Part shown: positions 25,778 through 35,190 of the stretch, piece by piece
Position numbering within the stretch: position 1 is the first letter of the stretch
Layout of the letters: each line of letters begins with the position of its first letter
Assembly: GCA_038321865.1 (NCBI GenBank)
Contig: JBBQFH010000007.1
Coordinates: 32,001 to 96,000 of the forward strand
DNA: 64,000 bases
Direction: 5' to 3'
DNA from: Gemmatimonadales bacterium
GTDB taxonomy: Bacteria > Gemmatimonadota > Gemmatimonadetes > Gemmatimonadales > GWC2-71-9
Program-made: the position numbers and the translations under genes
The notes under the pieces: model-generated
Databases searched by the model: none
Told to the model about the DNA's origin: nothing
The model's input: the letters and a program-made list of their open reading frames with translations, nothing else

Positions 25778-28551
25778 CGGACGACACCCCGCAACGCTCC
25801 GGGTATTCGCTCGGCCGCCCGGTCGCGCCCGGCACGCCCTTCGTCGACCTGATTCCCCCCAGGGAGGCCGGCGAGCCGCCGACGGGGTCATCCTCGCTCG
25901 CAAAGGATCTTCGACGGGCACGGGCACTGCGGAAGCGGCAGGTAAAGGCCGCGACGCACGGCAGTCGCCGGACGGCAGCGGCACCGCTGGATCGTGCTCC
26001 CGAGGCGCGCCGCGCACTTCGGCAATACGCCAAGCTCGATCCCGAGTCGGCCGTGCGGGCGTGGTTCGCGGCGCACGAGTGGCAACCGGTCGCGTTTCAG
26101 GAAGAGGTCTGGAACGCGTACGCCGCGGGCGAGAGCGGACTGATCCACGCCGCGACGGGAACGGGCAAGACCTACGCCGCCTGGATGGGTCCCGTGCTCG
26201 AATGGCTGCGCGAATATCCCGGTTCCCCGAGGCGGACCGGCGCGCCGCCACTTCGCGTCCTCTGGATCACGCCGCTCCGGGCGCTCGCAGCGGACACCGA
26301 GGCGGCGCTGCGGGCGCCGGTCACCGATCTCGGCCTTCCCTGGACCGTCGAGAGCCGGACAGGCGATACCAGCCCCGCCATCCGGGCCCGCCAGCGAACC
26401 CGGCTCCCCACCGCGCTCGTCACCACGCCTGAGAGCCTCTCGCTGCTGTTGACCCGCTCCGACGCAGCCTCGCTTTTCGACGATCTGCAGTGCGTCATCG
26501 TTGACGAGTGGCACGAGCTGATGGCAAGCAAGCGCGGGGTTCAGACCGAGCTCGATCTGGCCCGCCTGCGTCACTTTTGCCCGAAGCTCCGCACGTGGGG
26601 CCTCTCGGCCACGCTCGGCAACATCGAGATCGCCCGGGACACCCTGCTCGGCGTCGCTGCCGATGGCCGGCCCGCGCGCGGCCGCCTTGTGCGGGGGCTC
26701 GTCCCCAAGGCGATCGAAGTCGACTCGCTCTTTCCCGCGACGATCGAGCGCTTTCCCTGGTCCGGTCAGATCGGGCTCACGCTGCTGCCTCAGGTGATCG
26801 CGGCGATCGAGGAAGGACGCAGCTCGCTCGTCTTTACCAACACGCGCGCCACCGCGGAGATCTGGTTCCAGGCGCTGGTCCAGTGCGGCGTCGCATGGGC
26901 CGATCGCATCGGGCTCCATCATGGGTCGCTCGACCGGGCCGAACGCGAACGCGTCGAGGATGGGCTCCGGAGCGGGGAGCTCCGCTGCGTCGTCTGCACG
27001 TCCAGCCTCGACCTCGGCGTGGACTTCACGCCCGTGGACCGGGTGCTCCAGGTCGGCAGCCCCAAGGCGGTCGGCCGGCTGGTGCAGCGCGCCGGGCGAA
27101 GCGGACACCGGCCCGGCGCGGTGAGCCGCGTGACCTGCGTCCCGACGAACGCACTGGAGCTGGTGGATGTGGCGGGCGCGCGTGACGCGTTGCTGGCCGG
27201 CGCGATCGAGGCGCGGCCGCCGGTCGAACGCCCCCTCGACCTACTGGCGCAGCACGCCATCACTGTCGCGCTCGGGGGGGGCTTCCGGGCCGACGAGCTG
27301 TACGACGAGGTCCGGACCACGCATGCCTACCGGGATCTCGACGCCGATGAATGGGCCTGGGTCCTCGACTTCATCACCCGTGGCGGCGAGGCGTTGCGAG
27401 CCTATCCCGAATATTCGAAGGTGGTCGAACAGGACGGGGTGTATCGGGTCACCAGCAGAATGATCGCCATGCGCCACCGGATGTCCATCGGTACGATCGT
27501 GAGCGAATCGTCGCTGACGGTGCGGTACGTACGTGGCAAGGCGCTCGGGACGGTGGAGGAAAATTTCATCGCCCGCCTGCGCCCGGGCGACCGGTTCACC
27601 TTCGCCGGCAAGCCGCTCGAATTCGTCCGGGTGCGGGACATGACCGCCTGGGTGCGCAAGGCTCCCAGCGCGGAGGGCGCGGTGCCCAAGTGGTCCGGCA
27701 TCCGGATGGCCCTGTCTCCCGAGCTGGCACTCGCGGTGAGGGTAAAGCTCGACGAAGCCCGCCGCGGCATCTTCGCCTCGCCGGAAATGGAGAAGGTGCG
27801 TCCCGTCCTCGAGCTTCAAGCGGCCTGGTCGTGCCTCCCGGCGCCGGACGAGCTGCTGATTGAGCGCACCGAAACGCGGGAAGGGCATCACCTGTTCGTG
27901 TACCCGATCGAGGGCCGGCTGGTGCACGAAGGGATGGCCGCGCTTTTCGCGTATCGCATCGCACAGCTCGGGCCGATCACGTTCACCCTGGCCGCGAACG
28001 ACTACGGATTCGAGCTGCTTTCCACCGAGCGGGCACCCCTCGATGAGGCGCTCGAGCACGGGCTGCTCTCCAGCGAGTTTCTCTTCAACGACATTCCCGC
28101 GAGTCTCAACGCGGCCGAGATGGCGCGGAGGCAGTTTCGGGAAGTGGCACGGGTCGCAGGGCTGATCTTCCAGGGGTTTCCGGGCGCGGCAAAGTCGGTC
28201 AAACAGCTGCAGGCGTCCAGCGGGCTCATCTACGAGGTGTTCGCGAGATATGACCCCGGAAACCTCCTGCTGCGACAGGCAGAGCGCGAGGTGCTCGAAC
28301 GGCAGTTGGAGCAGAGCCGGCTGGGCCGGACGCTGGCGCGACTCGCCGCCGGCCGCGTCTCGGTCGTCGAGGTCGAGCGCCCGACGCCCCTCGCATTCCC
28401 GCTCATCGTGGACCGCGCACGCGAAGAGCTGAGTTCGGAGAAGCTCGCGGATCGCGTCCGCCGCATGGCTGAGCCGCTCGAGCGGGCGGCGGGGCCGGCC
28501 ATTCCGCGCTTCGCGAACCTCCGGTCCGCGCGCCCACGGGAGCGCTCGTGA
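25774..28551 (+). CDS. Ligase-associated DEXH-box helicase (Lhr-core family)
   Basis: ATGTGKT, TPLRAL, TTPESL, DEWH, LSAT, HHGSL, SSLDLGVD, QRAGRSGH. Confidence 0.95.
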   Translation: MTDDTPQRSGYSLGRPVAPGTPFVDLIPPREAGEPPTGSSSLAKDLRRARALRKRQVKAATHGSRRTAAAPLDRAPEARRALRQYAKLDPESAVRAWFAAHEWQPVAFQEEVWNAYAAGESGLIHAATGTGKTYAAWMGPVLEWLREYPGSPRRTGAPPLRVLWITPLRALAADTEAALRAPVTDLGLPWTVESRTGDTSPAIRARQRTRLPTALVTTPESLSLLLTRSDAASLFDDLQCVIVDEWHELMASKRGVQTELDLARLRHFCPKLRTWGLSATLGNIEIARDTLLGVAADGRPARGRLVRGLVPKAIEVDSLFPATIERFPWSGQIGLTLLPQVIAAIEEGRSSLVFTNTRATAEIWFQALVQCGVAWADRIGLHHGSLDRAERERVEDGLRSGELRCVVCTSSLDLGVDFTPVDRVLQVGSPKAVGRLVQRAGRSGHRPGAVSRVTCVPTNALELVDVAGARDALLAGAIEARPPVERPLDLLAQHAITVALGGGFRADELYDEVRTTHAYRDLDADEWAWVLDFITRGGEALRAYPEYSKVVEQDGVYRVTSRMIAMRHRMSIGTIVSESSLTVRYVRGKALGTVEENFIARLRPGDRFTFAGKPLEFVRVRDMTAWVRKAPSAEGAVPKWSGIRMALSPELALAVRVKLDEARRGIFASPEMEKVRPVLELQAAWSCLPAPDELLIERTETREGHHLFVYPIEGRLVHEGMAALFAYRIAQLGPITFTLAANDYGFELLSTERAPLDEALEHGLLSSEFLFNDIPASLNAAEMARRQFREVARVAGLIFQGFPGAAKSVKQLQASSGLIYEVFARYDPGNLLLRQAEREVLERQLEQSRLGRTLARLAAGRVSVVEVERPTPLAFPLIVDRAREELSSEKLADRVRRMAEPLERAAGPAIPRFANLRSARPRERS

Positions 28552-29225
28552 ACGATGCCGTCACCGTAATTGCCGGTGAAGCGGTGCGCCTCCTCGCGGA
28601 ACGTGCGCTGTACTGGGAGCGGGAACGCGCGCTCATCGTCGCCGACCTGCACTGGGGCAAGGCGGCCACCTTCCGCGCCGGCGGAATTCCGATTCCCGGT
28701 GGTACCACCCGCGAGGACCTCGGCCGGCTCGCCGCGGCCCTTCGGCGTACCGGCGCAAAGCGGCTCATCCTCCTGGGCGATCTCTTTCACGCCCGGGAAG
28801 GCCGCGCTGCCGCCGCCACCCTGGCCACGATCAGCGCGTGGCGGGCGGCCCATGCGACGCTGGACGTCCTGCTGGTGCGCGGCAATCACGACGTCCGGGC
28901 CGGGGACCCCCCTGATGCGCTCGGCATCAGCGTCGTGAACGCGCCCCACCTGGTCGCGCCTTTCGCGCTCTGCCACGAGCCCGGCGTGTCGCCGGACGGC
29001 TACGTCCTCGCGGGGCACATCCATCCGGGCTACGTGGTGTATGGCGCCGGCCGGCAGTCGGCCCGCCTGCCCTGCTTCGTGCTCGGCACGCGGGGCGCCA
29101 TCCTTCCCGCGTTTGGAAGCTTCACGGGCACGATGGTGATGGATACGCGAAAAACCGACCGGATCTACGTCGTGGCGGGCGACGAGGTGATTTCAGTACA
29201 CCGTGAGGGAATCCGGGGCGCTTGA
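28548..29225 (+). CDS. pdeM: Ligase-associated metallophosphoesterase/endonuclease
   Basis: ADLHWGK, LGDLFH, GNHD, GHIHP, LPAFGSFTG. Confidence 0.93.
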   Translation: MNDAVTVIAGEAVRLLAERALYWERERALIVADLHWGKAATFRAGGIPIPGGTTREDLGRLAAALRRTGAKRLILLGDLFHAREGRAAAATLATISAWRAAHATLDVLLVRGNHDVRAGDPPDALGISVVNAPHLVAPFALCHEPGVSPDGYVLAGHIHPGYVVYGAGRQSARLPCFVLGTRGAILPAFGSFTGTMVMDTRKTDRIYVVAGDEVISVHREGIRGA

Positions 29226-30128
29226 TCAGCGCCGCGGTGCGCCGGGATGCTGCCGCTGGTACAGGGTCGGGTAGGCGACGTCCGCGGGGGCGCCGCCCTC
29301 GGGCCAGTCGCGCTCCTTGCCCGGAAAATCCGGCCGGGGTTGGGCCGTGATGTAGGCCGCGACATCGGCGGCCTGCTGATCGGTGAGGGTCCCCGGCCGA
29401 TCGAAGGGCATGTTGTAGCGGATGAACGCCGCGGCCGTGCGGGCGCGGGCCATGCCGGCACCGATGTTGAACGAATGCGGTCCCCAGACCGGCGGCGCGG
29501 CAGCCGTACCATCGCCCTTCGGCCCATGGCAGCGAGCGCAGGAGGAGTCGAAGATCGCGCCACCGCGAGCGGAGTCGCCATGCGTGACTGACAGCATCCG
29601 AAGCCCCTGCCCGCGCACCACGGCGCCCACCGGCACTCCACGGGACAGGAATGCGAGGTAGGCGACAATGTCGCGCATGTCCGGCCCGGCCGGATCGAGC
29701 GCCGTTCCGTTCATGCTCCGGATGAAACAGTCGTTGACGCGATCTTCGATCAGCCCCACCGAAGCGCTCCGCGCGCGGTACTGCGGATAGCGTGCGTATA
29801 CGCCGACCCAGGGCATCGCATCGGGCTGCCGCCCGTCGTTGGGGTGGCAGCTCACGCACTGCAGTGCGGCGCCCACGTGCGCCGGCAGGCTGTCGCGCGT
29901 GTGGGCGAGGAGCGCACGCCCCCGCTGCGCCGCGCGAGTGGCCGGGCCGTCCGGCTCCGTGGAGTCGGCCGGTGGGCTGAAGGCGACGGTATCGGGGCCG
30001 CGGGTGCGAGCGCCGGTGGCGCGCACCCTCGGCGCCGGCGATGAGCAGGCGGCGAGCGCGAGGGCGAGCACGCCCAGCGATGAGCGGCGATGGAAGGCGT
30101 TCACGAATCTCCCGGTGACGGCGGACAT
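29226..30128 (-). CDS. tsdA: Diheme c-type cytochrome lipoprotein, thiosulfate dehydrogenase TsdA-like
   Basis: Lipobox LAAC; CVSCH and CARCH; YPQYRAR, EDRVNDCFIRSMNG, SFNIGAGM, NMP, QPRP. Start is approximate. Confidence 0.75.
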   Translation of the reverse strand: MSAVTGRFVNAFHRRSSLGVLALALAACSSPAPRVRATGARTRGPDTVAFSPPADSTEPDGPATRAAQRGRALLAHTRDSLPAHVGAALQCVSCHPNDGRQPDAMPWVGVYARYPQYRARSASVGLIEDRVNDCFIRSMNGTALDPAGPDMRDIVAYLAFLSRGVPVGAVVRGQGLRMLSVTHGDSARGGAIFDSSCARCHGPKGDGTAAAPPVWGPHSFNIGAGMARARTAAAFIRYNMPFDRPGTLTDQQAADVAAYITAQPRPDFPGKERDWPEGGAPADVAYPTLYQRQHPGAPRR

Positions 30129-30230
30129 GGCTGCGGCTGCACAGTATGACGGCTCCGCGCGCCCGGCAAGCAGGTCCATTGTGGCCGCGGCCCGGCGCCC
30201 GTAGCTTGGCGGCACATTCCGGAGACGCCG

Positions 30231-31547
30231 ATGTCCGACCTGCTCGCCGCGCGGGGCCAGATGGCCATGTCGCTCGGCTTCCACATCATTTTCGCCGCGG
30301 TCGGCATCGGCATGCCGCTGCTCATGGTTTTGGCGGAATGGCGCTGGCGGCAAACCGGCGATGCGATCTACCTCGACCTGGCCCGGCGCTGGGCCAGGGG
30401 AACCGCGATCCTGTTCGCGGTCGGCGCGGTCTCCGGCACGGTGCTCTCGTTCGAACTGGGTCTGCTGTGGCCCGGCTTCATGGCGTTCGCCGGTCCGGTC
30501 ATCGGCATGCCCTTCTCGCTCGAGGGCTTCGCGTTCTTCACCGAAGCGATCTTCCTGGGCATATACCTGTACGGCTGGGACCGCGTCTCGCCCCGGGCGC
30601 ACCTGCTCGCTGGCGCTGCGGTCGCGATCAGTGGCGCGGCGTCGGGCGTGTTCGTCGTCATCGCGAACGCGTGGATGAACACGCCGGCGGGGTTCGAGAT
30701 GACCGCCGGCCGGGTCACGGCGGTCCACCCGCTGCAGGCGCTGGCCAACCCCGCTGCGTTCCAGCAGACACTGCACATGACGATTGCGGCGTACGTCGCC
30801 ACCGGCTTCGCGGTGGCCGGCATCCACGCCTTTCTGCTCCTGCGTGATCCGGCGAACGGCTTCCATCTGCGCGCGCTTCGGGTGGCCCTCGTGGTCGCGG
30901 TGCCCGCCGCCATCATCCAGCCGCTTTCCGGCGATCTCAGCGCCCGATTCGTCGCCGTGCAGCAGCCGGGGAAGCTGGCCGCTCTCGAATCGGTGTTCAT
31001 CACCCGGCATGGCGCCCCGCTGACGATCGGGGGATGGCCCGACCCGGATGCACGAACGGTCCATTTCGGCCTCCGCATCCCCTATGGACTCTCGCTCCTC
31101 GCTTTCCACGATCCCGATGCCGAGGTGGCCGGGCTGGATCGAGTTCCCCGGGATCAGTGGCCCCCGCTCGCGGTCGTGCACGTTGCGTTTCAGGTGATGG
31201 TGGCGCTGGGAACCTGCCTCGCACTGATCTCGGTCTGGGCCGTGTGGGCGGCCTGGCGGAGGCGGAGCCTCGCCGCCAATCGCCGGCTGCTGCGTGCCAT
31301 TACCGTCGCGGCGCCGTTCGGGTTTCTCGCCGTCGAAGCCGGCTGGGTGGTGACGGAGGTCGGGCGCCAGCCGTGGATCATCTGGGGCGTGCTGCGTACC
31401 AGGGATGCGGTGACACCGATGCCGGGCATCATCGTGCCGTTCGTGTTGTTTACCCTGCTGTACGTCGCGTTGTCGGCCGCGGTCGTCTGGCTGCTGTACC
31501 GCCAGATCGTCCGCGCGCCCGTCGGCCCCGCGGTCGCCCATGCGTGA
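30231..31547 (+). CDS. cydA: Cytochrome bd-type oxidase subunit I (short Q-loop)
   Basis: LGFHIIF, ANAWMNTPAG, LHM, QPGKLAALE, FQVMV, GWVVTEVGRQPW. Confidence 0.95.
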   Translation: MSDLLAARGQMAMSLGFHIIFAAVGIGMPLLMVLAEWRWRQTGDAIYLDLARRWARGTAILFAVGAVSGTVLSFELGLLWPGFMAFAGPVIGMPFSLEGFAFFTEAIFLGIYLYGWDRVSPRAHLLAGAAVAISGAASGVFVVIANAWMNTPAGFEMTAGRVTAVHPLQALANPAAFQQTLHMTIAAYVATGFAVAGIHAFLLLRDPANGFHLRALRVALVVAVPAAIIQPLSGDLSARFVAVQQPGKLAALESVFITRHGAPLTIGGWPDPDARTVHFGLRIPYGLSLLAFHDPDAEVAGLDRVPRDQWPPLAVVHVAFQVMVALGTCLALISVWAVWAAWRRRSLAANRRLLRAITVAAPFGFLAVEAGWVVTEVGRQPWIIWGVLRTRDAVTPMPGIIVPFVLFTLLYVALSAAVVWLLYRQIVRAPVGPAVAHA

Positions 31548-32568
31548 ACTCGGGCTGGCCGACCTGCTGGCCGGGGTGCTCGTCCTCGCGCTCAATGCCT
31601 ACGTGCTGCTCGCCGGCGCCGACTTCGGAGGCGGGGTGTGGGACCTGTTCGCCTCGGGACCCCGCAGGAGCCGCCAGCGGGCGCTGATCGCCGACGCGAT
31701 CGGGCCGATCTGGGAAGCGAACCACGTCTGGCTGATCCTGGCGGTGGTGCTGCTGTTCACCTGCTTTCCGGTGGCGTTCGCGAGGCTCACCACCGTGCTG
31801 CACGTGCCGCTGGTGCTGGTGCTGGTCGGGATCGTGCTGCGCGGCTCCGCCTTCACCTTCCGCTCGTACGACAGCCGGCGCGACACGGTGCAGCGCCGCT
31901 GGGGCGCCGTGTTCGCGAGCGCGAGCGTGGTCACGCCGCTCCTGCTCGGCGTGGCGGTCGGCACCGTCGCGACCGGGCGCGTCCTCGCGCCGGCCGGCGG
32001 CTTCCGGGCGGCGTACATCGGCCCGTGGGCCACGCCCTTTGCGCTCGCCGTCGGGCTCATGACGCTTGCGCTCTTCGCCTTCCTCGCGGCGGTGTACCTC
32101 ACCGTCGAGGCCGGCCGGGGCGAGCTGGCGGACGACTTCCGTACCCGTGCGCTGTGGGCCTTCGCCGCAACCGTCGTCGCGGCCCTGACGGCACTCGCCT
32201 TCGCCAAGGCCGACGCGCCGCGCATGCACGCCGCGCTCACCCGCTCGGTCTGGGCGCCGCCGCTGCACTCCGGTGCGGCGCTCGCGGCCATCGGGGCCTG
32301 CTGGGCGCTCTGGTCGCGGCGGTTCCGGCTCGCGCGCCTCGGCGCCGGCGCGCTGGTGTCGCTGGTGCTCTGGGGCTGGGCGGTGGGACAGTACCCCTAT
32401 CTCGTGCCGCCTGATCTGACGATCGCCCAGACGGCTGCGCCCGCGACGACGCTGCGCTTTGTCGCGCTGGGCCTCGCCGCGGGCGGAATGATCCTGGTGC
32501 CGTCGCTGCTCTACCTGTTCCGGATCTTCAAGAGCGAACGCGCGCTCCGGGCCCGGCCCACCGACTGA
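31540..32568 (+). CDS. cydB: Cytochrome bd-type oxidase subunit II
   Basis: GADFGGG, IGPIWEANHVWL, LRGSAF; overlaps the cydA end. Confidence 0.93.
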   Translation: MRELGLADLLAGVLVLALNAYVLLAGADFGGGVWDLFASGPRRSRQRALIADAIGPIWEANHVWLILAVVLLFTCFPVAFARLTTVLHVPLVLVLVGIVLRGSAFTFRSYDSRRDTVQRRWGAVFASASVVTPLLLGVAVGTVATGRVLAPAGGFRAAYIGPWATPFALAVGLMTLALFAFLAAVYLTVEAGRGELADDFRTRALWAFAATVVAALTALAFAKADAPRMHAALTRSVWAPPLHSGAALAAIGACWALWSRRFRLARLGAGALVSLVLWGWAVGQYPYLVPPDLTIAQTAAPATTLRFVALGLAAGGMILVPSLLYLFRIFKSERALRARPTD

Positions 32569-32577
32569 CGCACCGGC

Positions 32578-33975
32578 CTAGTGCACGCCGCCCATCAGCT
32601 TCCGGACCGGGCGGATGAGCAGGAACGCGAGCACTGACGCGCCGAGGCAGACCGCGGCGATGGTTCCGAAGATCTGCGTCAGCGGCGCCGTCGACATGAA
32701 GCCGGCGGCATATCCGGCGACCTTGTTGCCCAGCGCGTCGGCCAGGAACCAGACGCCGAGCATCATGCCCGCGATCTTGATCGGTGACAGCTTGGTGAAC
32801 ACCGAAAGACCGACCGGTGAGACGCAGAGTTCGGCCAGTTCCTGAATGAAGTAGCATCCCACCAGCCACATCGCGCTGACCCGGACGCCGGGCATGTTCT
32901 GAATCTTCTGCGCCGCCGGGAGCAGGAACACGAACGACAACCCGATGAAGAGCAGGCCAACCGCGAACTTCGTGGGCGTCGAAGGCTCGTGCCGTCCCAG
33001 CCGTGTCCACAGCCACGCGAACACCGGCGCCAGCGCGATGACGAACACCGGCTGCACCGACTGGAACCAGCTCGAGGGAAAGCCGAAGCCCAGAATCGAC
33101 GTTTCGCTGTAGCGGTCGCCGAACAGGCTCAGCGTGGACCCCGCCTGTTCGTACGCCCCCCAGAAGACCGCCGCAAAGACGAAGAAGACGGCCATCGCCC
33201 CGAGCCGCTTCCATTCGATGCCGGTGAAGCCGCCCACGGTGCGCTTGCCAGGGAGGGCCTCGTCCGCCGCGGCGGTCGCACGGACCTCCTTCCGCCGCTG
33301 CTCCAGCCGGTCGATCGCCGGCTTGAGGTGCTTCCGCCCGGCGATGTACTGCACGAGCCCCGCCGTCATGCCGACGCCGGCGCAGGCGAAGCCCAGATGC
33401 CAGTCCACCCGCTGCGCCAGATATCCGGCGATGAGCGGGCCCAGCATGGCGCCGAGATTGATCCCCATGTAGAAGATGGAAAACCCGGCGTCGCGCCGGG
33501 CGTCTTCGACGCTGTAGAGCGAGCCGACGATCCCGCTGACGTTGGGCTTCAGGAGACCGGTGCCGATCACGATCAGGCCCAGGCCGGCGTAGAAGAACGG
33601 CAGCGGATGCATCGCGAGCGTAAAGTGGCCCAGCGTGATGATGATGCCGCCGATCAGCACGCTCTTGTACTGGCCCAGCCAGCGGTCGGCGATGATGCCG
33701 CCGAAAATCGCGGCCGCCCAGGCGCTCGCGGTGTAGGTACCGTAGGCGGCGCCTGCGTGCTTATCGTCGAACTTGAGCGCGTTCACCATGTAGAGGATGA
33801 GAAACGCGCGCATGCCGTAGTAGCTGAACCGCTCCCACATCTCGGTGAAGAAGAGGGTGGCGAGGCCGCGGGGATGGCCGAAGAAGCCGGTCTCGAGCGC
33901 ACCGATCGCGCCCGGAGCGGGACGCGGACGATCGCCGACGGCATCGTTCAGGGGACCGCTGCTCTCAGAAGTCAC
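32578..33975 (-). CDS. POT-family proton-dependent oligopeptide transporter (MFS)
   Basis: EMWERFSYYGM, GTGLLKPN, GFSIFYMGINLG, FQSVQP, ELCVSPVGLS. Confidence 0.95.
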   Translation of the reverse strand: MTSESSGPLNDAVGDRPRPAPGAIGALETGFFGHPRGLATLFFTEMWERFSYYGMRAFLILYMVNALKFDDKHAGAAYGTYTASAWAAAIFGGIIADRWLGQYKSVLIGGIIITLGHFTLAMHPLPFFYAGLGLIVIGTGLLKPNVSGIVGSLYSVEDARRDAGFSIFYMGINLGAMLGPLIAGYLAQRVDWHLGFACAGVGMTAGLVQYIAGRKHLKPAIDRLEQRRKEVRATAAADEALPGKRTVGGFTGIEWKRLGAMAVFFVFAAVFWGAYEQAGSTLSLFGDRYSETSILGFGFPSSWFQSVQPVFVIALAPVFAWLWTRLGRHEPSTPTKFAVGLLFIGLSFVFLLPAAQKIQNMPGVRVSAMWLVGCYFIQELAELCVSPVGLSVFTKLSPIKIAGMMLGVWFLADALGNKVAGYAAGFMSTAPLTQIFGTIAAVCLGASVLAFLLIRPVRKLMGGVH

Positions 33976-34012
33976 GGCAGATTCCTTTGGATCAGGATGT
34001 CGTTCGGAACGC

Positions 34013-34549
34013 TCACTGCTCCCGGCCCAGCTTCTTCTTGAGGTGCGCCAGCTGGGCCTCGACCGCGGCCTCGTGCAGCGCGCGCTGGGCCCGCGCCGCC
34101 ATCAGGTCGCTTTCGCCGTCCGCGGCGGGATCGTGCTCGAGACGGGGCGTCACGTCGGGCACGCGACCCTGCTGCGCCTCCCGCAGCTGCGCCGTCATCT
34201 CCGTTACCTCCCGCTCCGCCATCGCGATTTCGTCCGCCTGTACCGTCAGCTTTCGCTCGAGCACCGCGATGCGCTCGCGATGCCGCACGGCAAAGCGCTC
34301 CGCCACGGCGACCGTTTCCGGATCGGGAAGCTCCGCCGCCAGCCGTCCGCGGCGTTCGGCGTCCGCCAGCCGCTTCCGCTCCGATTCGAGCTCGCGCTGG
34401 CTCGCGGCGAGCGCGTCACGCATCGCCCCCACCGCGGCCTTCGCCTCGACGACGGCCTCACGCAGGCCGGCCGCGTAGGCCCGTGCGTCGGGACGCCCGC
34501 CCTGCTCGGCGAACAGCCGGTCGAGTCGCGTACGAAGGCTCTCGAACAC
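34013..34549 (-). CDS. Coiled-coil PspA/IM30-like protein
   Basis: GTG at 34549 with GGAAGG RBS. Amphipathic N-terminus FESLRTRLDRLF, long coiled coil, C-terminal VEAQLAHLKKKLG. Confidence 0.65.
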   Translation of the reverse strand: MFESLRTRLDRLFAEQGGRPDARAYAAGLREAVVEAKAAVGAMRDALAASQRELESERKRLADAERRGRLAAELPDPETVAVAERFAVRHRERIAVLERKLTVQADEIAMAEREVTEMTAQLREAQQGRVPDVTPRLEHDPAADGESDLMAARAQRALHEAAVEAQLAHLKKKLGREQ

Positions 34550-34596
34550 GCCTTCCTGTCCTTTCGAAGGGAGAACCGCACCTGGAGGCGGGCAGA

Positions 34597-34626
34597 ATGT
34601 TACGGCGGACAGCGCGGCAGCGTCAA
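34597..34626 (-). promoter_or_regulatory. sigma70-like promoter TTGACG-N18-TAACAT
   Basis: Minus-strand hexamers at 34626-34621 and 34602-34597, upstream of the PspA-like gene. Confidence 0.5.
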
Positions 34627-34692
34627 GCGACGCCCGTCGCGCCAAACCCGCGCGCCTGCGCTATTTTCCGGACATCGCCCTCGGGAGTCACC

Positions 34693-35190
34693 ATGGCAGC
34701 GCGCGTCCTCGTCGTATCCATTGCCTGTATGACATTCGCCGCGTGCGGCGACGCGCCGCCCCATGCCACGGCCTGCGGCATCGCCGCGCTGGTCGGGCCG
34801 CAGCAGCTGATCAGCGAGTTCGGCGTGCGCGACCGGACCCTCGGGTCGCCACCGGAGACGCTGCCGGAGCGCCTCGTGGCACGCCTCGCGGCCGGACCCG
34901 CCTACCGCGCGGTCACCGGGCGCCAGCGCGGCGATTCGCTCTGGGTGATCGGCGTGGACGGCGCGCTTCCGCCGAAGGTGAAACTGGGATTCGGGGTGCT
35001 GGTGATCGATTCCACCGAGAAGCCGCTCGGCGTCGTTCTCTTCGAGGGGGCACCGGTCGAGCGGGCGCCCAGGATCGGGAGCGTGACGATGGGCGCGGCG
35101 ACCGTTCCGCTCATCGGGGTGCAGAGCGACCCGAAGCGCTTCGAGGACGCGCGCTGCCCTTACTTCCCCGATTCGGTGCTCGCCACGTGA
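34693..35190 (+). CDS. Hypothetical lipoprotein
   Basis: ATG at 34693 with GGGAG RBS; lipobox FAAC. Confidence 0.7.
   Translation: MAARVLVVSIACMTFAACGDAPPHATACGIAALVGPQQLISEFGVRDRTLGSPPETLPERLVARLAAGPAYRAVTGRQRGDSLWVIGVDGALPPKVKLGFGVLVIDSTEKPLGVVLFEGAPVERAPRIGSVTMGAATVPLIGVQSDPKRFEDARCPYFPDSVLAT

Noticed and set aside
29226..31595. 789-aa minus-strand ORF suggesting a giant cytochrome fusion
   Set aside because: The N-terminal ~490 aa are the antisense shadow of cydA; the real gene starts near 30128 with a lipoprotein signal.
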